This document shows, piece after piece, positions 38,105-52,299 of a stretch of DNA of 64,000 nucleotides (the stretch's first letter is position 1; each line of letters opens with the position of its first letter). The notes below the pieces were generated by a model. It was not told the DNA's origin and searched no databases. It saw only the letters and a list, made by a program, of their open reading frames with translations. Source of the stretch: the human T2T-CHM13v2.0 reference genome, Homo sapiens. Where the stretch lies: the NCBI RefSeq assembly GCF_009914755.1, contig NC_060940.1; one strand, given 5' to 3'. A program made the position numbers and the translations under genes.

Positions 38105-38375
38105 GCAAAGTTGATATGCAGAATGTTTCAACAACTGGTGCACCAGGGTCCCCACCAACCTGAATTATCCCAGGGGGTGATGTGGTAGCCCTGATGGACT
38201 GGGGGTTATCCCCTCAAGTGCTGGGGATGCCCAGGGGGCTCAGGTCCCAGAGGGAGAACCTGTGGATAGGGGTCTCAGGGCAGAAACTATTTGCTAGGTG
38301 GTTAGGAAGCACATGAATGTTTTATCAAACAGTACAGTGGTACTGGTGCATACCAGCTAAGGTGTCCTGACACAG
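38105..38375. mobile_element. Ancient hAT-like DNA transposon relic (OldhAT1-like)
   Basis: Ends gatatgcagaatgtttcaacaactggtgc and actggtgcataccagct resemble recalled hAT-Ac termini. Confidence 0.35.
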
Positions 38376-40137
38376 GTGCCTTGGTGAACAGTGATCACAG
38401 GGGCCCTGGGATGGGTGAGAACACAGCGAGGAACATTCTAACTATCTTTTCACTTATATGTTCCTTTAACTGACTGAGTAATGCTCCTGCCATCTCTGAA
38501 ACAAGGCCTCCCAAGTCTCCGAGCAGAGAAGTGGGGACCATGCAAGCCGTGTGAAGGCCATTGGAACCAGAGCAGAGCCCACCGGGTGGGGGTCTGCAGG
38601 GAGAGGAGGTCACCAGGAGAAAGAAATGAGCTGCCCCAGGAGCAGGAGACAGAGCCAGATGTCTGAACCCAGATTCTGATCCTGATGCTGCAGAAAGAAG
38701 CCCCAAAATGTTTTATGGTGAAACGTTAAATGTTTTGGATTTTTTTTTTTTTTTTTTGTAAAACAGATCTTGACAGTTGAGAGAGTCAGAGTCCTTCATT
38801 CACACAGGTGACTACTGAGTTGTTGTTTTGTTTTTCCTTTAAGGAAGCAGGCCTTATGATAAACCCTTCATGAAAACCCCACTCAGGATAGCATTTTTTG
38901 TGGTCCTTGCATAGTGAAAGGTGCCTTTTGTGGCTCACTGCAGCCCTGCATAACAGGCCACAGAATTCAGAGTTCATAAACATAAGAAGATTAACTAAGC
39001 CCAGCATGGACTGAGGACCTCAACTTCAGCATCTTTTAAGGATTCATGTTATCAGTAGAAATGACTACCTTTTTCCCAAAGCTATGGGTTCTTTACTGTG
39101 TATGTTGATGTTTGATGGGAATCTAATCCTAAGCCAGATTCTGGGGGCAGATCACCAAAACTGAAGAAGCTGGGTTTGTGTCACAGAGCTTCTTGATTTC
39201 AATCAGCCCCTGCAGCTTTAAAAGAGCAGCCCACGGAATCCTCTTCCCAAAGTGAAAGGGCTGGATAATGGGGTTGTTTTAGTCATATGAAAGTAAGGAT
39301 CATTCTGTATCTTAATAGGCCCATAATTAATTCACACATTCAACTGTTAAGTCCAGAAATATGTTCATGTTGACAATTTGCATTTGATGCTTCAAAAACA
39401 ATCTGGCATGTTTTTATTTGCCTCGAAATCTCAGGAACATCCACCCCTTTCCATTATCCATCCAAATGCTACAATTCCACAACAGCTTCCTAAGGCCCCA
39501 CCTGTGGGAATGCAGGGAGGGGGCTCAAGATGCCCAGTCAGGAGAAGTGGTGTTAGTGCGAGAGCTGTCCTCCTTTGAAGGACAAGACCACCATATGGCC
39601 AGTGGAATTTCCGTCTGCCCCTCCCAACTCCCATGACAACTTTTAGCCCTAGGCATCAATGACTGGAGATCATTCTACCACCCCATATCTTCAACACTGG
39701 ATCAGTGATTTTCCCCTCAACCCCCAAGCACCAGTTATGCCCCACCTTTGCCCAGCTCCTGGTCTACACTATGAGTGCACCCATCTGATATGTCAGGTGG
39801 GACCCCACCCCAGCCTGTCTACCTCATCAGCTCCTAGGAGGATAAAACCAGAGTGAGAAGGACCATCGGAGGGAAGAATATAAAAAGCAATGCTGGCACA
39901 GGAACAAGGGATCGTTAGTATCAACGTTTACTGCTAGGCTTGATTTACAACTGCCACCAACAGGCGAGTCAGAAGAGGAGGGGAGGGGGAAGGAGGAGGG
40001 GCCTGAGCTCAAGCCCTCAAACTCTTAGCTCCAATTTCCACACCCTGAGTCCTACAAGCTAGCACAGAAGTTGCTGTGGAATAAAACAATGTTTATGGAG
40101 GTTCTCAGTTGCCTGTGCTGCTTCCAGATCACTCCCA

Positions 40138-43100
40138 CAGATGTACTATTCCCTATTCCTCTGTCGAAGTACAACTAAAACCCTGAACATTATATATGAA
40201 AGAAACAGAAGAAGATTCAGAAAGGCAGAGAGAAGAAGCCAGACCAGCCAGGGACCCAAGGAGTGACAAAGCGGTGAGGATCCTGGGTTTTCTTTTTGCT
40301 TCATATATCCCAGACTAGGACCTGACAAAACTGGCAACCCAGAAACACCAACAAGGATTTTGCTTTAAGCCTTAACCAAACCCCACTCTTTCTAGCCAAA
40401 GGACCAGGAAAGATTTTTGCCTGGCAAAACAGAAAACGTTTAGACAATAACAGCTCTGCTCCAGGCAAACCCCACAGAAGAAAACTATGACCCCACCACC
40501 ATCCACTCCAGCAAAGGCTGAATGGAGATCTGAGACTGCCGTGCTGGCAAGGCTTATATAATGAGGCACTCACCGCCCGCTCTTCCCATCCCTGTTAATG
40601 TGGCATCAGAGAAACCCTCGCAGGGAGCCAAGACAGTCATACTTGCTGGGCAGTAACAAGGCCTTTCCCCATGGTGTCAGTAGAGACCACATGGGGAGCC
40701 TGGACTCCCCTCCTACCTAACAGTAACAAGTGCCCTAACCCATCCTCCTGGTATAGTGGAGACCATGTGGAGAGCAGAAATGATGCATTCCTACCACGAC
40801 TGCTCAGAGAGGTATGAGTGGAGACCTAGGGAGGAAACGAGCCTGGAATTCTACCCACACCTGGCAGTAGCAAGATGGCATCTGCACCCCTTCTGCACTG
40901 GAGTGGGGTCAAAGGAAGCCAGCTAAAACAGAGGGTTTAAATAAGATCCACAGTGTCATTATGTAATACATAAAGATTTCAATCAAAAATCATCTATCCT
41001 ACCAAGAAACAAGATCTCAAATTCAATGGCAAAAAAGTCAATCAATATATGCCAAAATCAAAATGACAGAGATGTTGGAATTATCTAATGGGGAGTTTAA
41101 AGGAGGCATCATAGAATTACGTCAATAAACAATTATGATCATCCTTGAAACAAGTGGAAAAAAAAAGAAGTCCAGCAAAGACCTAGATAGTTTTGACAAA
41201 GAAATAGGAGATACAAGGAGGCACTAAATGGAAATTTTAGAAATGGATAAAGGAGAAAATCTTAAAACCCAATGAATAGGCCTAACAGCAGAAGAGAGAA
41301 GAGAAAAAAAGAATCAGTGAAATAGAAGATAGAATAATAAAAATCACCCAGAGTTTCAGGGGCCAGTGGGACTATAACATTTTTGTGATTCAAGTCCCAG
41401 AAGGAGATAAAAAAAAAAGAGGGCAGGATTGAAAATGTACTCAAAAGAGTGATGGCTGAAAAATTCCCAAATTTGGCAAGAGATGTAGATGTATTCGAGA
41501 AGCTGAGTGAAACTCAAAAGGAATAAACACAAGGAAATCCACACCAAGACAAATCATATTCCAACTCCTGAAAACTCCAGGACAGGAAAAAATCTTGAAA
41601 GCAGCTGGAGAAAAAATGACACCTTATACACAGTGAAAAAATAATTCAAATGACAGCAGATTTCTCATTAGAAACCATGGAGGCAAGAAGGAAGTGGCAG
41701 AGCATTTTTCAACTGCTGAATAAAAAAGAACTGTCAATCCAGAGTTCTTCTACATCCAGTGAAAATGACCTTCAAGAATCAAGGGAAAATTGAGATACTC
41801 TCAGATAAAAGAAAACTAAGAGAATGCGTCACCAGCAGAATCACCCTAAAAAGAATGGTTAAAGGAAGTTTTCTAAACAGAGAGGAAATGATTGGAACAT
41901 TAGGTAGTAAGAAAGAACATGGTAAGGAAATTTTACTGTAGATACCACTAATTCCCCTTCTCTTCTTGAGTTTTCTAAATTATGTTTGATGTCTAATGTA
42001 AAATGTTAACACTGTCTGATGTAGTACTAAATATATGCAGAAGAAATAGTTAAGACAGTCATAAGTAGGGAAGAGTAAAGGGACCTACGGGAGGTAACTT
42101 TTCTACATTTCACTTGAACTGGTAAGATTATGACACCAGTAGTCTTTGATAAGTTATGTGTATATAATATAATACCTACAGTAATCATGATAAAAAGCTG
42201 TATCAAGAAATGAAAACACTACAGATAAACCAAAATAAAATTCTTAAAAATGTTCAAGTAAGTCACAGAAAGGAAAAAAGTAAACCACAAATGAAAAACA
42301 GAAAATAAAATATAAAATGGCAGACTGAAGCTCTCACATATCATTAACAACATTAAATATAAATAACCTAACTATACTAATTAAAAGATGAAGATTGGCA
42401 GACTGGAAGGAAAATGACTCACCTATGTGCTGTCTACAAAAAACTCACTTAAAATATAACAATACTGGCAGGTTGAAAGTAAAAGAATGTAAAAGGATAT
42501 ATCTTGCAAACATTCATTGAAAGAAAGCAAAAAGGCTATATTAATATTATATAATGAAGGCTTCAGAACAAAAAATTAGCAAGAAAGAAAAGAACATTAA
42601 ACAATGATAAAGGGGTCAATCTACCAAGAAAATCTTAAATATGTATGCACCAAACAACAGAGCTGCAAAATATGCTAAGCAAAAGCTAATAGAGCTGACA
42701 GAAGAAATAGACATATCCACAATTATAGTAGGAAACTTCAGAACCTTTCTCTCAATGACTGATAGGACAACTATGCAGAAAATCAGAAAAGATACAGAAG
42801 AACTCAAAATCATTGACCAACAGGATCTAATAGACATTTATACAACACTCCACCCAACAATAACAGAATGCACATTTTTTCAAATGCGTAGAGAACAAAT
42901 ACCAAGACAGACCATATCATGGGTCATAAAACAAATGTCAACATATTTAAAATAACTGAAATCATACATAGTGTTTTTTCCTATCACAATGGAACCAAAC
43001 TAGAAATTAATAGCAGAAAGGCAGGAAAGCCTCCAAACAATAGAAACTATACGACGTACCTCTAAATAATCATGGATCAAAGAGGAAGCTCATGGGAATT

Positions 43101-46100
43101 TTTTAATACACTGAACTGAACAAAAAAATAAACTACAACATGTCAAAATTCGTGGGACACAGCTAAGTAAAGGCTAAGAGGGAAATGTATAGCAATAAAT
43201 GCTTAATAAAGAGAAAAAGTCTCAAATCATTAATTAAGCTTCCACCTCAAAGACCTAGAAAAAGATGAAGATAAACATAGAACAAGCAGAATGCAGAAAA
43301 TAATAAGGAAAAGATCAGAAACCCTGAAACAGAAAACAGTAAAACAAAATTGAAAATCAATTAAACAAACAGGTGGTGTTTTAAAAGATTGATAAAATTG
43401 ACAATTCTTTTAAGAAAACTAACAAAAAAAGAGAGAAGACACAGATTACCAATATCAAGAATGAAACTGAGGATATCACTACAGACACTACAGACATCAA
43501 AAGAATAATAAGGGAATAATACTATGAAAAACTCTACATACATAAATTTGATAAATTAGATGAAATGATCTGATTTCTCAAAAAATACAAACTACCAGAA
43601 TACACATAATAAGAAATAGATATTTTGAATAGTCCTATTCTATTAAGGAAATGGAATTCATAATTTAAAACTCCCTGTAAAGAAATCCCCAGACCCAGGT
43701 GTTTTACTGGATAAATCTAACAAATGTTTAAAGAAGAATCAACACCAATTCTACATAACTTCTTTTGGAAAACAGAAGAGGAAAGGGCACTTCCCAGTTT
43801 ATTTCAGTAAATTAATATTGCCCTATATTAAAACCCGGTCAAAGACAGGACAAGAATAAAACTTCAGACCAATATCCCTCATAAACACAGATACAAAAAT
43901 CCCTGACGAAGTATTAGCAAATAGCAGTTAGCAATATATAAAAAGAAGTATACACCATGACCAAATGAGATATATATATATCAAGGATGCAAGGCTTACT
44001 CAATATTTGAAAACTGGTCAATATAATCCACCATATTAACATACTTAAGAAAAAGTGCATGGTCTCACAATAGGTACAGTAAAAAAAAAAAAAAAGACAA
44101 AAACTTCAGGCATTTGACAAAATCCAACACCCATTCATGGTAAAAAACAAACAAACAAACAAACAAAAAATGCTTAGATAGAAGGAGAATTCCTCAACTT
44201 GATAAGGAGTATCTACAAAGAAAACCTATAGCTGTTATTTTACTTAATCGTAGAAGACTGAATGTTGTCTCCCTTAAGATCAGAAATAAGGCAAACATAC
44301 CCACTCTCACACTACTGTTACTCAGCATAGTGCCAGTAGGTCTAGCCAGGGCAATAAGGCAAGAAAAGGAAATAAAAGGCATACAGATAGTTAAGAAATA
44401 AATAAAACTGTCCCAATTTACAGATGGCATGATTGTCTATGCTGAAAATCCCATAGAATCTACAGAAAAATTCCTACAACTAAGTTGAGCAAAGTCAAGC
44501 AATACAAAAATGAACATTCAAAAACCAACTGTATTTCTATATACTAGCAATAAACACATGAACACTGAAATTAAAAATGCAATACCATTTATAATTGCTC
44601 AAAAAATTAAAACAATTAGATACATCTAACAAAACCTGTACCAAATTAGGATGTTGAAAACTTTAAAAAAAAAAAAAAAGATGAAAGAAATCACAGGTCT
44701 AAATAAATGGAGAAACATACCATGTTAATGGATTAGAAGACTCAAGACAGTAAAGATGTCATTTCTCCCCAAATCAATATACACATTTAACATGATTCCA
44801 GTCAAAATTACAGCAAGAATTTTGGTAGATACAGACAAGATTATTCTAAGATATATATGGAAAGGCAAAAAGAGCTAGATAGCAACAATTTTGAAAAAGA
44901 CAATCAATAAAGAAGGAATCAGTTTATTCAATTCCAAAACTTATTCTATAGCTATAGTAATCAAGACTATATTGTATTTGGCAGAGGGATAGGCACATAC
45001 ATCAGTGGAACCCAGAAACAGACCCACAGAAATATGCTCAACTGATATTTAACAAAGGTGCAAAAACAATTCAATGGAGAGGCTGGACAATGTGGCTCAT
45101 GCCTGTAATCCCAGTGCTTTGGAAAGCTGAAGCAAGAAGATTGCTTGAAGCCAGGAGTTCAACACCAGATGGGCAACATAGTGAGATCCTTCTCCACAAA
45201 AATTTAAAAATTAGCCAGATGTGGTGGCCTATGCCTGTAGTCCTAGCTATTTTGTTAGGGGGGAAGTTGGTGCTGAGGCAGGAGGATTGCTTGAGCCCAA
45301 GAGTTCAAGGCTTCAGTGAGCTATGATCATGCTACAAACACTCCAGCCTGGTCGACAGAGCTAGATCTTGTCTCTAAAAACAAACAAAGCAATTCAATAG
45401 AAGAATGATAGCCTTTTCATCAAATGATACAGGATCAACTGGACATTCATAGGCAAAAATAAAAACAAAAACAAAAAACTTCAACCTAAGTCTTATATTG
45501 TATATAAAAACTAACTCAAAATGGACCATGGCCTAAAATAAAACTATAAAACTTTCAGGAAAAAAAAAAATAGGAGAAAATCTTTGCACCAAAGGTATAA
45601 TCCATAAAGGAAAAATTGACAAATCTAATTAAACAAAATTAAAAACTTTTATTCTGCAAAAGCTCCTCTTAAGATAAAATGACAAGCTCCAGACTGGGAA
45701 AAATATTTGCTGACCACATACCTAACAAAGGACTAGTACTTAGAATACATAAAGAACTCTCAAAACTAAATGGTAAAAAAGCAAATGATCCAATTAGACA
45801 ATGGGCAAAATTTATGAAGGAACATTTCATCAAAGAGGAATGGCTGGCAAATAAGCCCATGAAAAGATGTTCAACATCATTAGCCATTAGGGAAATGCAA
45901 ATTAAAAGCACAATGAGATATCACAATGCAACTATCAGATTGGCTAAACTAAACAAATAGTGACAGAACAAATGCTGGTGAGAACGTAGAGAAATGTGAT
46001 CTTTCCTACATTGCTGGTAGGAATGTAAAATGGCACAGCCACTGTGGAAAACAGTCTGGCAATTTCTTAAAAAGTCAAACATGCAAGTACTACAGACCTA

Positions 46101-46450
46101 GCAATTGCACTCTTGGGAATTTACCCCCAAAATAACGAAAACTTAAATATAATTCCATTTATATAACAGTCTTGAAATGATAAAATTATAGAAACAGAGA
46201 AGAGAGTAGTGGTTTCCAAGGATTATGGGTAGGAGGGAAGTGTCTATGGCTATAAAAGGGCAACGGGAGGGATTCTTGTGGCAATGGAAATGTTTTGTAG
46301 CTTGACTGTATCAATGTCAATATCCTGGATGTGATATTGTACTCTAGTTTTGCAAGATGTTACTGTTGGGAGAAACTGGGTAAAGTGTACAGAGGACCTC
46401 TATGTGAATCTGCATGTGAATATACAATTATCTCAAAATAAGAACTTTAT
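40138..46450 (+). mobile_element. Near-full-length, inactivated ancient L1 (L1MDa-type 5' end, L1MD1/2-type 3' end)
   Basis: Collinear 5'UTR, ORF1 remnant (41759-41941), ORF2 endonuclease remnant (42641-42955 MYAPNNRA...), RT motif degraded to FTDG (44417-44428), C-terminal remnant (45679-45960 KRCSTSLAIREMQIK) and 3'UTR to ~46450. Confidence 0.9.
45081..45388 (+). mobile_element. AluJ inserted in L1 ORF2
   Basis: Alu dimer. TSD aaacaattcaatgga / aagcaattcaataga. Confidence 0.93.
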
Positions 46451-46519
46451 TGTCTTTAAGCTAAAAATGTTTAAAGGACAAATAAAAGCCCAGGAGGGGC
46501 TTTAAAAGAAGGGGGAATG

Positions 46520-47090
<571 letters not shown>

Positions 47091-47853
47091 GAGGGGAAGG
47101 ATGGGACAGGAGGGTTCTGGAGCCCCCAGGGACAGTGGGCTGAAAAAGGCAGGGTGGAAACAGGGAGAAGTAAAAGAGAATGAGCAAAGGGATGCCAGAG
47201 GACCAGAAAGGCACGCAGGCTAGGCAGTCCCATGGTGGGGGCAGAGGGCAGTCACAAGCTGGGAGGCCTGAAGTCCCCCAGCTGCTGGTGAAACAACCCT
47301 GTGTGGGGCAATCAGGCAGAAACCAGAGGTCTAAAGAGCAGATGCTGGAGTCTCGGTAACAGGGGGCCTGGCAGCCTGACCAAGGGGCTCCTCTAGGCAC
47401 CAGGAGCATCACCCAGTTAAGCCCAGGCCAACCCCTGGGCCTCTGTCGCCATGACCTGGCTCCACCCAAATGGTCTCGCCTCCCTACAGGGAAAGGACGT
47501 GCTGAGCAGTGGGTTCAAGTGTTCAGGTCGGTGGGCAGCCACGTGCTTGACCAAAACAAAAAATGCTTTGATGAGACTTTGCTATCAGCCTGCAAGTCAG
47601 TTCCAGGGAGGCCGCTGCATACGTTTCATTTTCACCTTGCTCCCACACACACCCAGGACCCGCCCTTCTCTTCTGTGTGGTACCCATCACTATTGGACAC
47701 AATCAGGAGCTCTTACTTGTTCTCTTAGTGAACACCTGTCTGCTCCCACCAGACACTATGCTCTGGGACAAAATGGCAAAGACTGTTCTGCTTGCTGCAA
47801 TATTCATGCTTACTGCCTGGCACACAGTAGGTATTCAAGGAAGAAAAATAACT

Positions 47854-48320
47854 TGGAACTGGGGGACATTATGTTAAGTGGAATAAGTCAGGCACAGAAA
47901 GACAAATGTCCCATGTTCTCACTCATTTGTAGGAGCTAAAATTTAAAACAACTGAACTCATGGAGATAGAGTGCAGAGTGATGGTCAGCAGATGCTAGGA
48001 AGGGTAGCAGGGAGGGAGGGGAAGTGGGGATGGTTAGTGGGTACAAAAATATAGTTCGACAGAATCAGTAAGATCTAGTATTTGATAGCACAACAGGGTG
48101 ACTACAGTCAACAATCATTTATTGTACATTTTAAAATAACTAAAAGAGTATAATTGGATTGTTTGTAGCACAAAGAAAGAATAAATGCTTCAGGTGATAG
48201 ATACCCCATTTTCCCTGATGTGATTATTATATATTGCATGCCTGTATTGAAAGATCTCATGTACTCCATAAATATATACACCTATTATGTACCCATAAAA
48301 ATTAAAAATTAAAAAAAGAA
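47854..48320 (+). mobile_element. L1MA-type 3' end inserted in an L2 tail
   Basis: gacattatgttaagtggaataagtcaggcacagaaagacaaa...tatgtacccataaaaattaaaaa. Confidence 0.9.
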
Positions 48321-49789
48321 AACTGAATGAATGAAGGAATAAATGAAAAATCGGCTTGATTGGAGCTACTCCTTCTGGGTCTGTCCTCCAGGCCCAGCCC
48401 CTTGGAGTCTTGACAAGGCAGAGAGAGGGGGCCATTCTTCTTGCAGAAAGCCCTCAGGAGCATCCTCTGAGCTGATAAGCACTGACATCTGGTATATAGG
48501 CTTAGCATGGCCGGTTTTTCCTCTCTAAACTGGGACTCTATCATCATCATCATCTAATAACACTAATACAATATTGATAGATAGAATTTATTCAGAACTT
48601 AACATGTGCCAGGCAGTGTGCTGGGACCTTTTCATAAATTTTAATTTATTTAATCCTCCAAACAGTGCCAACCAGTAGGTGTGGTGAGTTGCACTGTTTG
48701 TGCTGCCCCTTCTTGTGGAAATAAAAGCCCTCTTTCTTTTCAATAATACCCTTCCTACTTCCACTGCTGGGGGGCAGACACCCAGGAAGGGCAGGGGTCA
48801 CCAGCCTGACCAGATAACCAGCTCCACCTCCCTGGCCATAACGATTGGCTCATGGGCAGCTTCAGGACGCTCCTGAGGCCAGTGGAAGAGGCCTTCCACT
48901 TTCTCCCCGCTGGGCCCCAAGGATCCAAGGCCAGGTCTGAGGCTCTGAAGCCCACTGGGTGCTCAGGACAGAGGGGACCAAGCTCTGGGGCCACTGGCCA
49001 CAGGACCCTTGTTGTCTGCTGTTATTCCAGTAAGGCTCAGCCAGAAGCAGGTATGAGGGAAATTGCCCATGCATCAGCTGCTGCCAAGCAGCCAAATGAC
49101 ATCAAAGGATGCTCAACAAAGTCAGTTCAACAATCCAGGCCACCAAGCCCATGTGACATGACAGCAAGAAGAGAAGAACATGCTTATGAGCCGGCTCAAG
49201 CAAGATGATGCCAGGGCTCCAGTGCCAGCCCCTCCAGGACCAGCTCCATCAGCATCTCCCTCACTTCCATCCTTCCTCTTCCCCTCCCTGCTGGATCTCT
49301 CTCCCGAACCTAGAAACACACTTTGGTCTCTCTCTCTTAAAAATGCAAATACTTCCTGTTACCTTTGGAGCCTTCCAGCTCCCACTTCTCTCCCTCCTCT
49401 CCCAGCCTGGAACCCGGAAAGTCCACTGACACTGCTGCCCACCCCCATCTCCTCCTGACCCCTTCCATCTGATGCCACTGACCCTGCTCACACCCAGGAC
49501 ACAATGGCCACTTGTTGCTGAGCCACACAGACCCTCTTCAGCCTCCCTCCCAGTGCACTTTTCACACTGCACCCAATTGATATTCCTGGAAACACTGCTC
49601 CTTCAGCACCAACCACCCTACACTCCTCACTCTCCAGGCTCCTCCCAGATGTTCTCACCATCTATGCTGATGCCGCTGGATCCTCTTCCCCAGACAGGGC
49701 CCTGCTGGCCCTCAGATCTCCATGGGTATCTTGTGCAAGGCCACATTATCACAAACACTCAAGCCCACCAAACGTGATGAGCCTTCAGG

Positions 49790-50000
49790 TGCAGGGGTTA
49801 AGGGCGCAGGCCCCGAGTCACACTGGCTGAGTTCAGGTCCCTACCCTGAAACTAGCAACATTGGACATGACACCTCAACTCCCCATGGATAAAAGGAAGT
49901 AATGACAGCACGTCTCACAGGGTGTTGTGAGGGTGAAGTGTGATAACACCTGCAGATATGGAAAGAAGGGCCTGGTGCTGAGTAAGCTTCATTAGATGGT
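49790..50000 (+). mobile_element. MIR relic
   Basis: ctcacagggtgttgtgagggtgaagtgtgataa...gcctggtgctgagtaagc. Confidence 0.65.
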
Positions 50001-50006
50001 ACTGAC

Positions 50007-50382
50007 TGATACGGTTTAGCTCTGTGTCCCCACCCAAATTTCATCTCGAATTGTAATCCCCATGTGTGGAGGGAGAGACCTGTAATCCCCACGTGTCGAG
50101 AGAGGAAGGTGATTGGATCATGGAGGTGGTTTCCCCAATGCTGTTCTCATGAATGAGTTCTCACAAGATCTGATGGTTTCATAAGGTGCTCTTCCCCCTT
50201 TGCTTTCTTCTCTCTCTCTCCTGCCGCCATGTAAGACGTGCTTGCTTCCCCTTCCACTATGATTGTAAGTTTCCTGAGGCCTCCCCAGCCCTGCAGAACT
50301 GTGAGTCAATTAAACCTTTTTCTTTTATAAATCACCCAGTCTTGGGTAGATCCTTACAACAGTGTGAGAATGGACTGCTACA
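50007..50382 (+). mobile_element. THE1D-like MaLR solo LTR
   Basis: tgatacggtttagctctgtgtccccacccaaat...gaactgtgagtcaattaaacct...aca, with the duplicated tgtaatcccca(t/c)gtgt motif. Confidence 0.9.
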
Positions 50383-51769
50383 TGAACCACTGCTAGCATC
50401 ATTGTCTTCTCTGCCAGTCCCTAAGAGCTCTTCCTCTGGCATGGTATCATCTGCCACCTGTCACCCAAAACCTGGTCACCTGAGACCTTTGAGTCTTCCT
50501 AACTTCTCCCCCTCCCATGTCCACTCAATAAGCAAATCCTGCGGGTTATGTCTCTTAAATGTTTCTCCAGCCCATATCCTCCTATCCAACATCCTCACCT
50601 TCTCTCACCTACTCTACCTCATCCCCTTTGCTGTGATCCACCCACCTCCTGCCTCAAAGTTTGTTCTGTTGCAGTACTGAATTGTGTACAGTGTCCCTAC
50701 ATACTACATGGACCTCTTTTCTCTATAATTGGCTTGTACTAGTTTCTTTGCCTGGAATTCCCCTCCCACCTTACTTCTTATACTCTGAGACCCTGATTAG
50801 GTGTAACCTCTTCCAGGAAGTTTTCCTGGAATACCCAGATTGGGCAACATGCCTGTCCTCTGAGCTCCCTTATCTTAGACTTGTGACGTTACATTGACCT
50901 TGCAGGTTATCATCTCCTGAGCTGGGTTAGCGGCCCCTCACAGAGCCCACCGAGGATTTTAATAGTGTTTACTGAACATGAAGGTATGAGGTTACTACTA
51001 GAAGAAACCTCAATGACAGAGGCCTTCCCCCAAAACAAACAAACAAACACATACGCATACAAAAGGAACTCAAGAAAATGAGAAATTTTCCACTATTTTA
51101 AAATTCAGAACTGATGGATTCTCCATAGACCTAAACAGCTTCCTCGAATGAACCAACGGGATTCAAAGTCAGGGAAACCAAGTCCTTTGGGCTGGTTCTC
51201 TCAGCCAGGAAGACTGTTGAGGGGGAAGTGACTATGCCCTAGTTTGGGGGTTTGGCAACGAAAAAAAAAAGAATAAAAAAGAATTGGATTATAGTCTTGC
51301 TGTACAGGCTTGTTATTCTGACAGAACAGTTCCAGAACCTGAAACATGATCTCTGGAGGGAGAGGGAGACATTTTTATCACATATTAAGGTTAGACAGAT
51401 GTTTTGGGTCTGGTGTTACCTGAATCAAAAGCACCATTGAAGAGCCTGACACAGCCCGGTTCAGCAACACGTGATCCTGGCAGAAAGGAGACAGGAACCC
51501 CTTTTTCTTTTCATGTTCATGAGATTTTCCTCTGTGGTTCTATTTGGGTTTTTTGTATCTCCCTGGAGCTGGGGCGAGACACTGACTTCCACTCCAGACT
51601 GTCCTCCTTGGACCAGAGACTCCTTCCCCTCCAAAATGCTGCAGGCTGGGCCTTCAGCACGGGGCCAGGGTCCAAATGGCAGCTTGAACAGTGGGCCCTG
51701 GCTCTGCAAGGTGGTTTGAAAGTATCTCCAGGGATGTGCTTCATAAAGACTTGTAAGGTAGAAAAACCC

Positions 51770-51804
51770 TCTCTCTGTCTGTCTCCCTCTTTCCCTCTCT
51801 CTCT

Positions 51805-51838
<34 letters not shown>

Positions 51839-51940
51839 ACACACACACAACACACACATACACACACATACACATACACACACAGACACACACATACACA
51901 TACACACACAGACACATACACACACAGACACAAAACACAT
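51770..51940. repeat. Compound (CT)n-(AC)15-degenerate (CA)n microsatellite
   Basis: Direct reading. Confidence 0.95.
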
Positions 51941-52299
51941 GCCTCCCTCCAGGTTGGCCAGGGCCAGTCCTGCCACAGTGACAGGGGAGGGCTGGGGACA
52001 AGAGGACACACAAGGACAGAAGCTGGCACTGGGGACACTTTAAGAGCCTGGGCAGGAGGCAGGAGGGGTTGATTTTCCAAACACCCACTTCCTCCCCCAT
52101 GTATTTGCCCCTGACAGCAGAGCCCAGCCCTTGAAGGCACCCAGGGAAAGGGCCGGCGTGAGCATGAAAAGCAGGCCTCCGGAATGACTAATGCCCCACC
52201 GGGACAGGCCTGGCTCTGGCCTGGCTGCCCGCCAGAGAGTCCACAGCCACTTTCCAAGGACAGCAAGGGCAAGCGTTCCTGACAAGATTCCCTGAGGAC

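Noticed and set aside
41759-45960. L1 ORF1/ORF2 fragments as functional or domesticated genes
   Set aside because: Many stops and frameshifts, an Alu insertion and a mutated RT catalytic motif.
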